Below, piece by piece: positions 26,430-39,200 of a stretch of 64,000 nucleotides of DNA (its first letter is position 1; the number at the start of each line of letters is the position of its first letter). The translations under genes and the position numbers were made by a program. The DNA is taken from the NCBI GenBank assembly GCA_976551045.1, contig CDPCPM010000011.1, forward strand, positions 19,592,001-19,656,000, given 5' to 3'. Under the pieces are notes generated by a model. It ran no database searches, had not been told where the DNA came from, and saw only the letters and a list, made by a program, of their open reading frames with translations. Origin of the DNA: Glaucostegus cemiculus (lineage: Eukaryota).

Positions 26430-27685
26430 AATGTTGCATTTCAGAAATACTGGTCAGGTTATGATAGGAGAATGGTGTGGGATGAGGTTGTTATGCCTTG
26501 CCAGAAAGAATACTGTGCTCCCCATCAAGGATCTTGCCAGAGCCAGAGAATTATTATTCTGACAAGAGACTGACTAGACTAGGGTTAATTTATTTGGAAT
26601 AAAAAAGAGGTGCTGTAATTGAGATGTATAGAATTATGAGGGGCCAAGCAAGGGAGGTCAATAACGAGGAAAAAAGATTCAAGTTAATTGATAGAAGCAT
26701 TAGTAATAAATTAAGGAGAAAATATTCACCCAAAGAAGTTTGGAATGCAGGGTTTGGAATGCAATGTCTGTAAAGATGGTGGAGGCAGAAACTTGTATCA
26801 TGTGTTATGAAGTAGCTTACTACTGGCGAATGTCCCTTTAAGATGGGACATTGTGTGTGTATGTGTGTGCGTAACGTATGACGTCAACAGAAGATAAGAC
26901 TAATGTGATGAGGTCATTGGGAGAAAGAGGCAGACAGACAGACAGACTGACAGAGAGGAGAGAGGCACAGCAGCCTGTTTTGTTTCTGTCGATGGATGAA
27001 GGACAGTAACTGTGTTTGTCACTACAATCCACGGATGGATTTCTGGAGTAGTCCCGTGGAGTCCACTTTGTCGGTAACCTGTAGGACACAGGTGTTTGCG
27101 TGGATGACCACATTTTTGGATGCTTTTCAGAGTGGCAGATACTTCAGAACAAAGTGATGGAATTCACTTTGCTGCTAACCTGTAGAAGAACACAGGTATT
27201 TGCATAGACAGTCATGATCCAGGAGTTTTCGGGGTGAGAAAGTCACTACCGAATAAACACTGAAGTGTCGTTTGAGTTCTAAGTGGAACATTCAGATTTC
27301 GTGATTCCCTTCTAAGCTCTCTCTATATCTATGTTTTGTCTTCAGTGGACGGTGCTTGTGAAGAAGCCTTTACTCGTGTTTCATCTTACGGCTTACTGAA
27401 CTGAACTTTAAGAACTAATTCCTGGACTTGGAGTTTAGGAATTTGCCACACACACACGAGTAGTTTTGGGGTTACTGTTCAGGGTTCTAACATTTTTTTT
27501 TGTACTAATATACTAACTTTTTATTCTTATTTTACGTATTATCGGAAGTAGTTATTAATAAAGTAGTTTTAACACTAAATTATGACTTAGTGTGTTTCTT
27601 TTGTCGCTGCGTTCATAACACATGTTTAAAAAGTACTTGAAAGAGAACTCGAAGAATCATAACCTATAAGCCTGTGGACCAAGAG
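26430..27685 (+). mobile_element. CR1 3' fragment hosting the solo LTR
   Basis: The CR1 3' sequence ...gatggtggaggcagaaacttgtatcatg|...|catgtttaaaaagtacttga is continuous once the LTR and one TSD copy are removed. Confidence 0.7.
26803..27620 (+). mobile_element. Solo LTR (818 bp), Gypsy/ERV-type
   Basis: TG...CA termini with a perfect 9-bp terminal inverted repeat (TGTTATGAA/TTCATAACA). 4-bp TSD CATG at 26799-26802 and 27621-27624. AATAAA at 27557-27562, CRE TGACGTCA at 26879-26886. No coding capacity. Confidence 0.85.
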
Positions 27686-27930
27686 ATAATTGGTAATTGG
27701 TTTATTATTGTCACATGTAGCGAGATACAGTGAAAAGCTTTTGTTTGCATGCCATCCAGATGTATCTTTTCCTATGTGAGTACATTGAGGTGGTACAAAG
27801 GAAAAAAACAAATAGAATGCAGAATTTGGTGTTAGTTACAGAGTAAGTGCAGGTAGATAAATAAAGTTCAAAGGCCATGATGAGGTAAGATTCAGAGAGC
27901 AGAGTTCACCTTTATCTTATAAGAAGTCAG
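27686..27930 (-). mobile_element. Rex1/Babar 3' UTR fragment
   Basis: taattggtaattggtttattattgtcacatgtagcgagatacagtgaaaagctt matches the tail of the Rex element at 14630. Confidence 0.75.
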
Positions 27931-30900
27931 GGAGTGAAAAAAATCTAAATAGCTCATTTTATTTTTGCCTTGCCTAACACAAGGGGCCAAATGATTTACT
28001 TTCATGCCATTCCTGGCTGAGATTCTATAAATACAAATTATTTTTTAACACAGAAACAGGGAATTCTCTCCATATAGTCCAAGCTGGGGGACTCTTCAAT
28101 ATGTGTCTTTTTTCACAGTCTGACTGTAATAGAAACCATTGTTTGATTCTGCAAACCTTGCAGTTTTCTAATAGTTGTTTATTTATGGATCACTCTAAAT
28201 GGAAAAGCAGAAATGTTTTCACCAGGTTATTTGACTTGAGGTTTGGTATAAAATGCTAATTTTATCTCGGTCTGCAACTGATTAATCATCTTTTAAATAA
28301 TTTTTAATACAAGTAAAACAATTTAGACTAAAATGTTCATATTGGATGATTTCTTATCCTTGCATGTGCACTTCACAGTAGAAGTGTTCACTCTTACTTA
28401 AAAATTCATTTACTAAAAATGATCAATATTATTTCTTTTGAGATTTTCATGAAAAACTTTACATAAGTACATAGGACTAATTACCTTATTAGGAATGATC
28501 GGAGATTTTCTTGGATCACTACTGTCAATTAAGGTAGTTCTCCCATAAGTGGAATGGAACAATAACCTGAGTCATCTTCTGTCCTCAACACTCCAGTTTA
28601 ATTCCTTAGCAGTCAACCATGTTTAAACAAAAATAATTTTAAACACAGATCTTTTAAGTATTTTGTTTATTGTATTTCCTTGACCCCAATTTCTTTCTTT
28701 CCAAATTGAAAATGATTTCCTTGTTCCTTTATGGTATTGCAAAACTTTGCTGTCTTGTTTCAGCTGTTTAACGTTGCTGTCACATTCTGATTCCCTTCCT
28801 GATTTATTACTGCTTTTGCCTTTGAAGGTTGGATCCAATGGTATTTTCACCTACACTTGATCTGTACAAGACTGTAAAGGTGCAGTGCATATTGGAGTAA
28901 AGAATCTGTGCTCAATTCATAGATGAGCTTTTGAGTTTTGTTGTAGAGCCAGTCCTGGCATTCTGGAGCAGGAGAGAGGTTAATTTGTATTTAGTTAATT
29001 AGCAGTTGCCCAAAACAATATTGCAAAGGACCTCAACCCATGTGAGGTTTTTATTATCTGGGAGACTCAATGTGGTAAACCTTCTTAAATGTGCTTTTAA
29101 AATAAGGAAAATATTGCCCAGTTTTTTTTCCTTTTGTTTTTGTAGGCAGGATTGATTGTAAGTTAAATAAAGCTCTTAATTCCCCCTTCTCTAAAGATGA
29201 TTTACCATTCTTTCTTTTTGTTTCCTGATGACTGTTTGAAAAATCATAAGATATTATGGACTTAGACCCTCACTGATTATACACCCAATTCAGTCCAAGA
29301 GCTTACCTGTTATCTTTAATTTTATGTTGTTTTTTTCTCCTTGCTGTTGATGATATTTTGGTTAAGTTGGAAATGGTAGGCAGTCAAGAATTACAAAGGT
29401 GCTTCTTTGGTCAAATCAAAAGTGATAGACTTACCTGTGTGGACCCAGTTTGAATTATTTTATGCTACCAGAGGTTTGGCTCAGAAACAATATTTTTGAT
29501 CTGACATTTAGTCATTTAAAATGTATCAAAACCATTCATCCAATGAGAAGGATACCATTCGCATGAAATTTACTTTTATTATCTTCATCTCGGTTGGGCA
29601 AGTTATTTCATATTAATTCAGGCCTTTGAGGGAGCTTTCTGTCGAATAATGCACTTGAGATTTCACAGTTGGAATCTGCCCAAGTGTGGAATTTCACACT
29701 GGGCAGCCACAACATTGAAAGATGCACAATGTAAATGAATAGTCTTCTGTAGCCCGCGCAGAGGAGATGGGGTAATTCCATTGTCAGTTAAACTCAGTGA
29801 TTAACTCACGATAAATGAGTTAGATTTTATGCACACAATTTAACTATCATTGTATTTTTTCTCATTTCATTGGGTGAACTCACTGCATTTTCCATTTCTA
29901 CTACACTTTAAACAGACCTAATTTCTAAGTAAAGTTATTTTAGTTGCCTTACAATAGACTTGCCTCCAACTCGTTAACTGACATCAATAAATAATGTTTA
30001 CATAAATCACAAGAATAGATTTTGAGTAGATCATCATCTTTTGTTTGCATGTAAGTAACAATACTGAAGCTTCATTGATCAGGATTGCAAGCCAATTGAG
30101 AGCCAGAGCAAGGGCTGCGGTTTACCCTAGAATATACAATAAGTACATCCACCCTTCTGACATAGAGGCAGAGAGAATTGTAGCTGCAAACTGCCTGTGG
30201 GAGGAACTAAGTGGTCTGAGCAGCATCTGTGGAGGGGAGGAATTGTCGATGTTTTGGGTTGATAGTTGTGTCCACAGAGAGAATTGTGCTGTCTGAACAA
30301 CTTCTTTCTGTATTTATTTTGAATACAATAGATTTCTATTCTTGGGCTGCTCTGTTTCTCATTCCCGTGCTGACCCCTGCAATCTCATATGAAAATCGGC
30401 TCCACCTTTCACATGTAAATTGAAGACACCTGGCTCTACCTCAACACCACCACCCTTGACTTTTCTGCCTGTTGCTAAATTGTTAGACTGGATAAATTGT
30501 AATTTTCATCAGCTAAATATTGGGAAGGCCAAAGCTGTTAACTCAGTTCCCTGGCTGCTGACTTCACTGCTTACCCAAACATCTGACTGAAACGAGCCCT
30601 GAGCCTTCACAACTCCTTTGTCAAACTTGACCTTGAAATGAGCATCAGACCTCTTAGCTCCGCCAGTATCTATCCTATCTCTTAACAGAGTTTCCATCTC
30701 TCTTGTGTCACCCACCTCAACGACTGCCTCTGTACATCTGCTATTGAAAACCTCTGGTATCCTTAGAAATGAATATTCTAAAGTATGAAATTGTGTCCAA
30801 GTGGATGATTCATATTGCTGTCCCTCCCCACCATCTCTGAAAACTGTCTTCACTGATTTACTCCATATAATATCAAGAAATAGCTGTGAGCACAAAAATG

Positions 30901-32050
30901 AGAAGATCTGACAACATTCTGGGTGAAATGCTAAAGAATTGTGCTAAATAACTGGCAGCTACAATGTTAGGATCCTTCTGACAAGTGGGAATTTATCTGG
31001 GTATGTCCTGTCCACAAAAAGTGAAACAAATTCAGTCCAACTAAACTTCAAAAAAAAAGATGAGAGTTGTTGATTTGCAGAGCAGTTGGCAGTAAGTCCA
31101 TTGCTGATCTTTCACCTCACTTCCACTTTATTGCACTTGTCCCTTGATTTCCAATGGACTTCAGAAATCTGTTGATCTCCACCTTGACTATATAGCCCTC
31201 TCTTAGAGAGAATTCCAAACTTTCAGAAACCTAATTTGAAGTGTTTCTTCTTGGCCACATCTTAAATGGTTGACCCCAAATACTGGGACACTCTACTCTA
31301 GTTATGTTCTCTCCAGCCAAGGGAGAGCATAACTAGAGTAGAGTGTGTCTCGGTATTAACCCTGTTAAACCCCATCAGAGTTTTATGGTGAATGAGATTA
31401 CTTGTCATTTTTATAAACTACAGAGCATAGACATTGTCTCTGACCATTTGTCACATTTTTTTCTGTTTTTCTGTATTTTCAAAGTGAATGATTTTGCATT
31501 TGCTGTATTCCATCTGTCACTTTACCACTTATTTCAGCCCCTTGACATGACTGGGGTGTCCCTCAGGGCTATGTCTATGACACAATTATCTTTAAGTTAT
31601 TTCATGAAAAGGAATGCCTAATTTTATTTGTAACCTGGAAAATTTTCAGGCAAGGACTATAAATGGCAAAAAATAGTACATATTTTACATGCTAACAAGA
31701 CAGAGTCAAACCACGTGTACATGATTTTCAACAACATTAAGTTTCCTCCGTCGTTGACCAGCAACTTAACTGGGGTGACTCGCTTCATGCCCACCACCTG
31801 CATGCTGCTATATCATGAAATATTTTCCATTTGTCAGGATGAATGTAACTTCTAATAATATTGAATGGATGACATTATCCATTGCCAAACAGCCTGTTTG
31901 AATTGCAAGCAATCTACTATCCTAAGCATTTACCCTGTCCACCACAAGGCTGCAGTGTGTACCATGTGCAAACTGTACTATAGTAATGACATCTCCCAAG
32001 CTAAGAACCCCTCTGGAAGGATGAAGGCAGCAGATACATGGAATGCTGCA

Positions 32051-32749
32051 GACACTGGGCAGTGTAGAGGAGCAGAGGGATCTGGGAGTTCATATCCACA
32101 GATCACTGAAAGTTGCCTCACAGGTGGATAGGGCAGTTAACAAGACCTATGGGATGTTAGCTTTCATAAGTCGTGGGATCGAGTTTAAGAGCTGCGAAGT
32201 GACGATGCAGCTTTACAAAACTCTGGCTAGACCACACTTAGAGTACTGTGTTCAGTTCTAGTCGCCGCATTATAGGAAGGATGTGGAAGTGTTAGAGAGG
32301 GTGCAGAGGAGATTTACCAAGATGCTGCCTGGATTAGAGTGTATGGAATATGAGGAGAGGCTTAAGGTGCTAGGGCTTTACTCATTGGAGAGGAGGAGGA
32401 TAAGGGGAGACATGATAGAGGTGTATAAAATATTGAGAGGAATAGATAGAGTAGGCAGCCAGCACTTCTTTCCCAGGGCACCAATGCTGAAGACGAGGGC
32501 ATGGCTTTAAGGTATTGGGTAGAAAGTTCAAAGGAGAAGTCAGAGGAAGGTTTTTCACCCACAGAGTGGTTGGTGCATGGAATGCACTACCTGGGGTGGT
32601 GGTGGAGGCAGATATGTTGGACAGGTTCAAGAGATTGTTGTCTAGGCATATGGAGGGATATGTGGGAGGAAGGGGTTAGATAGTGCTAGGTGTGGTTTGA
32701 TGGACGGCACAACATGGTGGGCCGAAGGGCCTGTATTGTTCTATGTTCT
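32051..32749 (+). mobile_element. Relatively young CR1 LINE 3' fragment
   Basis: ORFs 32043..32261 and 32283..32510 (EEQRDLGV...RPHLEYCVQF; LERVQRRFTKMLPGL...RGDMIEVYKI). Tail gggccgaagggcctgtattgttctatgttct. Confidence 0.92.
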
Positions 32750-32879
32750 CTCCAAGTCATGTGACTTGGACGTTTATCACTCATCCATCATTGAAACTAG
32801 ATCTGAAAATAGGAACACCCTAGCCAACAGCACTTGTGGGAATACCTTCATCACAAGGTATCCAATAGTTCAGGAAGAT

Positions 32880-35320
32880 GAGTCATAGAGTACTGCAACA
32901 CAGAAACAGGCCCTTTGGCCCATCTAGTCCGTGCCGACCTGATCTTCTGCCCAGTCCCAACTACCTGCACCCGGACCATATCCCTTCAAACCACCCCCCC
33001 CCCCCCATCCATGTATCTATCCAAACTTCTCTTAAGTGTTACAATTGAAGCAGCATCTACCAATTCCGCTGGCAGCTCGTTCCACACTCGCACCACCCTC
33101 TGAGTGAAGAAGTTTCCCCTTGGATTCCCCTTAAATATTTCACCTTTCACCCTAAACCTATGACGTGTAGTTCTATTCTCATCCAACCCAAGGGAAAAGG
33201 TCTGCATGCATTTACCCGATCTATAACCCTCATAATTTTGCATACCTCGATAAGATCTCTCCTCATTCTCCTGCGCTTCAGGGAATAAAGTCCTAACTTA
33301 TTCAGCCTTTCCCTAGAACTCAGATCCTCGTATCCTGGCAATATCCTTGTAAATTTTCTCTGCAGTCTTTCAAGCTTATTGCTATCTTTCCTGTAGGTAG
33401 ATTACCAGAACTCCACAATACTCTAATTTCAGCCTCATCAACGCCTTGTACAACTTCAACAAAACATCCCAACTCCTGTACTCAGTGCCCTGATTTATGA
33501 AGGCCAGTGGGCCAAAAGCTCTCTTCATGACCCTATCTATCTGTGATGCCACTTTCAAGGAATTAGGGATCTGTATTTCCAGGTCCCTTTGTTCTACTGC
33601 ACACTTCAGAACCCTACCATTCACTATGTGAGTCTTACCTTGGTTTGTCCTCCCAAAGTGCAATACCTCACACTTGTCTGCATTAAATGCCATCTACCAT
33701 TTTTCAACCTATTTTCCTAACTGATCAAGATCACGCTGCAAGCTTTGATGTTCTTCCTCACTATAAATTTGCTGATCCAGTTTACCATATTATCATCTAA
33801 ATCATTAATATAGATGGCAAACAACAAACAGACCCAGCACTGATCCTTACAGCACACCGCTAGTCACAGGTCTCCAGTCAGAGAGACAATCATCTACTAC
33901 CACTTTCTGGCTTCTCCCGCTAAACCAATGTTGAATCCTATTGAGTACTTCATCCTGAATGCCAAGCAACTTAACCTTCTGGACCAGCCTCCCATGTGGG
34001 ACTTTGTCAAAGGCCTTGCTAAAATCCATGTAGACAACATGGACTGCCTTAACTTCAGCAACCTTCTTGGTAACCTCAGGGTTCTATAAGATTGGTTAGA
34101 CATGACCTACCACACACAAAGCCATGTTGACTATCCCTAATCAGGCCCTGTCTATCCAAATACTTGTATGTCCTATTCCTTAGAATAGATTCCAGTAATT
34201 TACCCACAACTGACATCAGGGTCACTGGCCTATAATTTCCTGGCTTAGAATAAGAATGCCTTTCTTGAACAACGGAATAACATTAGCTATCCTTGAGTCC
34301 TCTGGCACGTCACCCGTGGCTAAGGACATTTTAAGTGTCTCTGCCAGGGCCCCTGCAGTTTCTGCACTAACCTCCCACAATGTCCGAGTGGATACTTTGT
34401 CCAGGGGATTTACCTTCATTCACTTCAAGACAGCCAGCACTTCCTCTCTGTAATCTGGATGCTGTCCATGACCTCTCTACTCTTTTTACCTCGGGTCTGT
34501 CTCCGTAGTAAATATGGATGTAAAAAATTTATTTAAAATCTCCCACATCTCTTTCGGCTCCATGTATAGATGACCGTGCTGATCTTCAATTTTGTTGCCT
34601 ACTACCCTTTTTCTCTGAATATAGCCGTAGACACCCTTAGGATTCTCTTTTATCTTGTCTGCCAGAGCAACTTTTTGGGGGTTTTTTTGCCCTCCTGATT
34701 TCTCTCTCATGTTTTCCTGCATTTCTTATACTCAAGCGCTTCATTGGATCCTAACCACCTGTAACTGATATGTGCCACCTTTTTCTTTACCAGGGCCTCA
34801 ATATCTCTCAATAACCAAGGTTCCCTAAACTTGTTAGCCTTGCCTTTTATTTTAACAGGAACAAACACATTCTGTACTCTTAATATCTCACTTTTGAAAG
34901 CCTCCCACTTACCAAGCATCTCTTTGGAAAACAGCCTATCCAAATCCATGCCTGCCAGATCCCTTTTGATGCCATCAAAATTGGCCTTACTCCAGTTTAG
35001 AATCTCAAACCAAGGGCCAGTCCTATCCTTCTCCATGCTTATCTTGAAACTAATGGAATTATGATCATGAGATCCAAATTGTTCCCCTACGCACACTTCT
35101 GTCACCTGCCCTGTCTCATTCCCTGAGAGGAGATCTAGTATCATGCTCTCTCCAGTTGGGACCTCTACATATTGATTAAGGAAACTTTCCTGAACACATT
35201 TGACAAACTCTATCCCATCCAATCCCTTTACAGTATGGGAGTCCCAGTCAATATATGGAAAGTTTAAAATCACCTACTAACACAACCTTGTATTACTTGT
35301 AACAGTCAGCTATCTCTCAA
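32880..35320 (-). mobile_element. CR1 LINE, 2.4-kb 5'-truncated, with frameshifted ORF2 (endonuclease end plus RT)
   Basis: Minus-strand ORFs: NFPYIDWD...ILDLLSGNE...SHDHNSISF; ANVIPLFKKG; MDFSKAFDKVPHGRL...WRPVTSGV; FNADKCEVLHFGR; RGNFFTQRVVRVWNELP. Confidence 0.95.
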
Positions 35321-35936
35321 ATGACTTGCCAGCCTTTTTCTAAGGATAGTTAGGATAGCCAACTAGTGGCAACTCTCATCACCTGCAAATCAGTTTTTAA
35401 GAAGTCATCTGTTATGATATTCTAGTATATGTCAGCTAAGGGTATGGGTAACTGATTCATCACTCTTTGAATTTAACTTGGCAAATCTATACTGCCATTA
35501 GCTTTCCAGTTTCTATTAGAATTGTCTTTTTTTTAACTATTGGCAAAGATAGAATTTTGTTCTACTTGGTATGACCAAAGAAATGCATGTCCATTCACTT
35601 ACCCAAGATCAGGGTGGCATTCATGAAATGTCTCATTCTGCCCGACTAAGAAGCCTCAACCTTAATCAAAAAAAGATGCATCAGCAAACCTCAAGTCCTG
35701 AAGACTCGCATTACTGTTCAATTCCACAAGCGCAAGCTCTTCTTCCGTACCTCGTCTGTTTTCCATGTGTAAGCTGAGATGGTGACCAATCTATTATCCC
35801 CTATAGACCATGCCAGGTCTGCGCATTGTGAGAGTGAAACCTAATTTTATGTTTAGCACATGAGTCTCCAGGAGGAAAATACTGCAGCAAAAAGGAACGT
35901 GAAAGTTTAAATGAATAACTTATACTTCAGATTTTA

Positions 35937-36229
35937 TATATCTTTACTAGTCTCATGTACATCGAAACACACAGTGAAATGCAGCTTTTTGTGTAGCGTG
36001 TTCTGGGAGCAGCCCGCAAGTGTCGCCATGCTTCTGGCGCCAACATTGCATGCCCACAACTTCCTAACCCGTGAGTCTTTGGAATGTGGGAGGAAACCGG
36101 AGCACCCGGAGAAAACCCACGCAGGCACGGGGAGAATGTACAAACTCCTTACAGACAGTGGCCGGAATTGAACCCGGGTCGCTAGCTCTGTAATAGTGTA
36201 ACACTAACCGCTACACTACTGTGTCTGCC
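35937..36229 (-). mobile_element. tRNA-derived V-SINE, best-preserved copy
   Basis: Minus strand shows A-box-like TAGTGTAGCGG, B-box GGTTCAATTCC, the V-domain, and the tail CACTGTGTGTTTCGATGTACATGAGACTAGTAAAGATAT. Confidence 0.9.
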
Positions 36230-39200
36230 AACATATAATAGCTTGCTTATGATTTTAAGTGACTAAAGCATTAATTTTAGTTTTGTATATGTGTTGTATG
36301 AGGAGAATTTTGCCCACGTTGATGAATTGAGTGTTGAACACTGGAGAAATAAGTTTTGGAGGGAATGGTTATTTTTGATGGTAAGTGATAGGTGAACTAA
36401 GGTTACCAATGCTCTTTCTTTATATTTTAAATTGGCATTTAGTAGTTTGAAGATCACGGTACTTATTTGAGGAACAGAAAGGTGGTTTGAAGCAGAGATA
36501 AGCTGGATAGGGGATAATGAAGCTCTGTATTTATCCCATGATCAGTGTAAGAAAACAAAGTTAAGCAATATGGTGGTATTCTTTACAGCCATAAATTTTC
36601 AATCAAATTATTTTTTTAAGATCTTTTTCATATTTTGCCATATGCACTTGAGTCAATGTTGTGAGAAGAAAGAATGTGGAACAGTGAAATAAATTGGAAA
36701 AATATCTGTCAAAACTGTGCTGATGGTGGATTGAATGATGGAGATAAGCAATACATCCAGTTGTATCTGTGTCAATATTTCCACTATGTACCATGTACTT
36801 AATGTAACTCATTGTCGCTTCAGTACCTCACATACCCAAGACCGCTGCCATCTAAAAGGATGATGGCAGTAGGTACATGGAATGCTACAAGTTCTCTTCA
36901 AGTCATGCACCTGACTTAAAAGGATGAAGAAAAAAATGTACTTGAGATCTGAAATACCCTCAACATGTAGTCCTCTTAGAGTATCTCACTACTTTATGAA
37001 TATTAAATTTCTACTGTCTGCTGAACACCAGGCTCAAGAACATGGTGGGTTAACCAGAAAATAGCTTGATCATGCAACCCAATGTCACAATATAAATTCC
37101 ATCTGTGTCTTTCTCTAAGGAGATTTTCTAATTTTATTAGCCTATAACTCTATCTGGCCCTATCAATGGCTTTGATTCTTTGTCGTATTAAACTAGAAAT
37201 TGCTTAGCTGTTTTTAATGGTGATAAATCAGCATTTTGGATTATTCTATTGCTATTTTTAAGTACCGCGAAGATTGCAGTCATCTGTTGTAGAATTCCTC
37301 GAACTGTATTCTTGGATTTTCTAGTATAACTCTATGCTTTATCAGTTTCACTGGCATTAGTGTATTGATCCATTTCAAGATCATGCAACTACCAGAACTC
37401 AGCCTTGAAGCTGTGACTCAGGAGCCACCTTTCAAACAGACATACCACATTAAATGCAATTCAAGAGACCTCTGAAGCTATGACCAGTATTTCTGGTAGG
37501 AAGTTGCCAGGGAGGTCTCTATAAGGAGTGTGATTTATGAATGCAAACACTTTGGGGAAGCCTACAACACAAACAAATCCCATGGCCATCTGAATTTCTC
37601 TTGTGGGTTAAAAGGAAAAGTGATGAAGTTTTATCTGTTTGAGTCTAGAGTTAGAGTGACCTCCTTAACACAGCATTAAGCAAGAAGCTGTTACTTGTAG
37701 TAAAGATCTGTAGCAACACCTAGGATGATTCAGGGGTTAGGAAACAGAATAACTGTGACCTTGCCTTCCACAACCAAAGCAGTTCAGATGCTCTTGGGAG
37801 CCTATATTTGAGATCATAGTTGGTCAAGGATCTCAGTGAGAGCAAAGAATGTAGTTGTGGTCCTTTATATAGCGTAGTTTCAGGAAAATAAAGTTAGCAA
37901 AAGCTGGTTGCTTTTGTGGGTGAATAGAATTGTTTTTCAGAGCAGGGAATTTAGGGATACTGGAGATGAATTTTGTATCACTGTAGACAGTCATTCAAGA
38001 GAGATTTATGCTAAGGACAACAAAATTCTAGTGCTGACAGAAATACGGAAAGAAACGAGTTAAATTTCCCACCAGGCGCTGAGAGGCCCAGAACTGGATC
38101 AAACATTGCTCAAGCCCAGGTTAAGCCTATTTTCAATTGCATAACATTTTCTTGGAATTGTGCAAAGGAATTTCTTGCCCACCATTTCTTCTGCTTTCTA
38201 ACATAGTTCCTCCCCATTCAAGCTTCCCCCTGACTCCACATTACACACTTCATTCTACAATTACCCATTTATTCCTCTTACCGTTTCAAAAAAGCAGTTG
38301 TATTTCTTTATGTGCTTGTTATCCTTCAGCTGAAGTGATGCATTATCTGAACATACCTGAACCATATAAATTTATAATATTAATTATTAACATTTATTTA
38401 AAATGTAGATAAAAAATATTGTTTAATTTGTAAATCAGGTTTTTTAAGTAGATCCTAAAGATGTACCATTATCAAATTATATTGTTTAACTGAAATTGTC
38501 GCTTGAGTCTAAGGAACAGCAATTCCCTGATAAACCATGTATACAAAAGCTAGGAAAGGATTATAAATGAGTTGATGTACTGTGTGACTTGTATGAGGTG
38601 ATATTAGAAAGTTTGAAATTGTTTTAATTCTAGTTGTTTTTGATGATTTCATTTTTGTACCTTGGTGAATTTGTACCCATTTCCACTTTCCCAACATGCT
38701 TTCATGGAGTGATAACTGCTGCCACTGCATTTTGCACGAGGTACAATGGTGCAGTTATGTTAAACTAGCATTAATTTTGAACATGAGAATAAATGAATCA
38801 CCTATCTTTGACTTGTGAAATGAGGGGATAATGATTAAGATTATTTCAGTGTTTTGTTACTTTCCTATTCACTGTATTTTAACTTGCTGTGAATTATTCT
38901 ACAGTAGTTTGAACAAAATAGGTTTGCAGACATCCACTTAATTCTTTGCTAAAGACGTCCAATTCTTTGAATATTCCTCACTGGTGCCTGTATGTTGTTA
39001 GCTATTCTGATTTCCACCAACCAGAAGCAGCATAGTTATTACAACTGATATTATAGCTAATGTATAATCACTTGGTACCACATCAGAAAGAGAGGAGTGG
39101 GAAGGATAAGGATATAAACACTTTGATAGTTTTGAAGCATAAGCTTTGAAGGCATGAATGTGCCTAAGCTACAAGTCAGGGCTATATTAAAGAATTTTTG

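Noticed and set aside
28810-28850. Possible microexon ttgcctttgaag|GTTGGATCCAATG|gtattt
   Set aside because: 13 nt (frameshifting) with a weak acceptor and donor.
35937-36229. tRNA gene suggested by A/B boxes
   Set aside because: The boxes belong to the head of a multicopy SINE followed by a V-domain and LINE-like tail. No cloverleaf.
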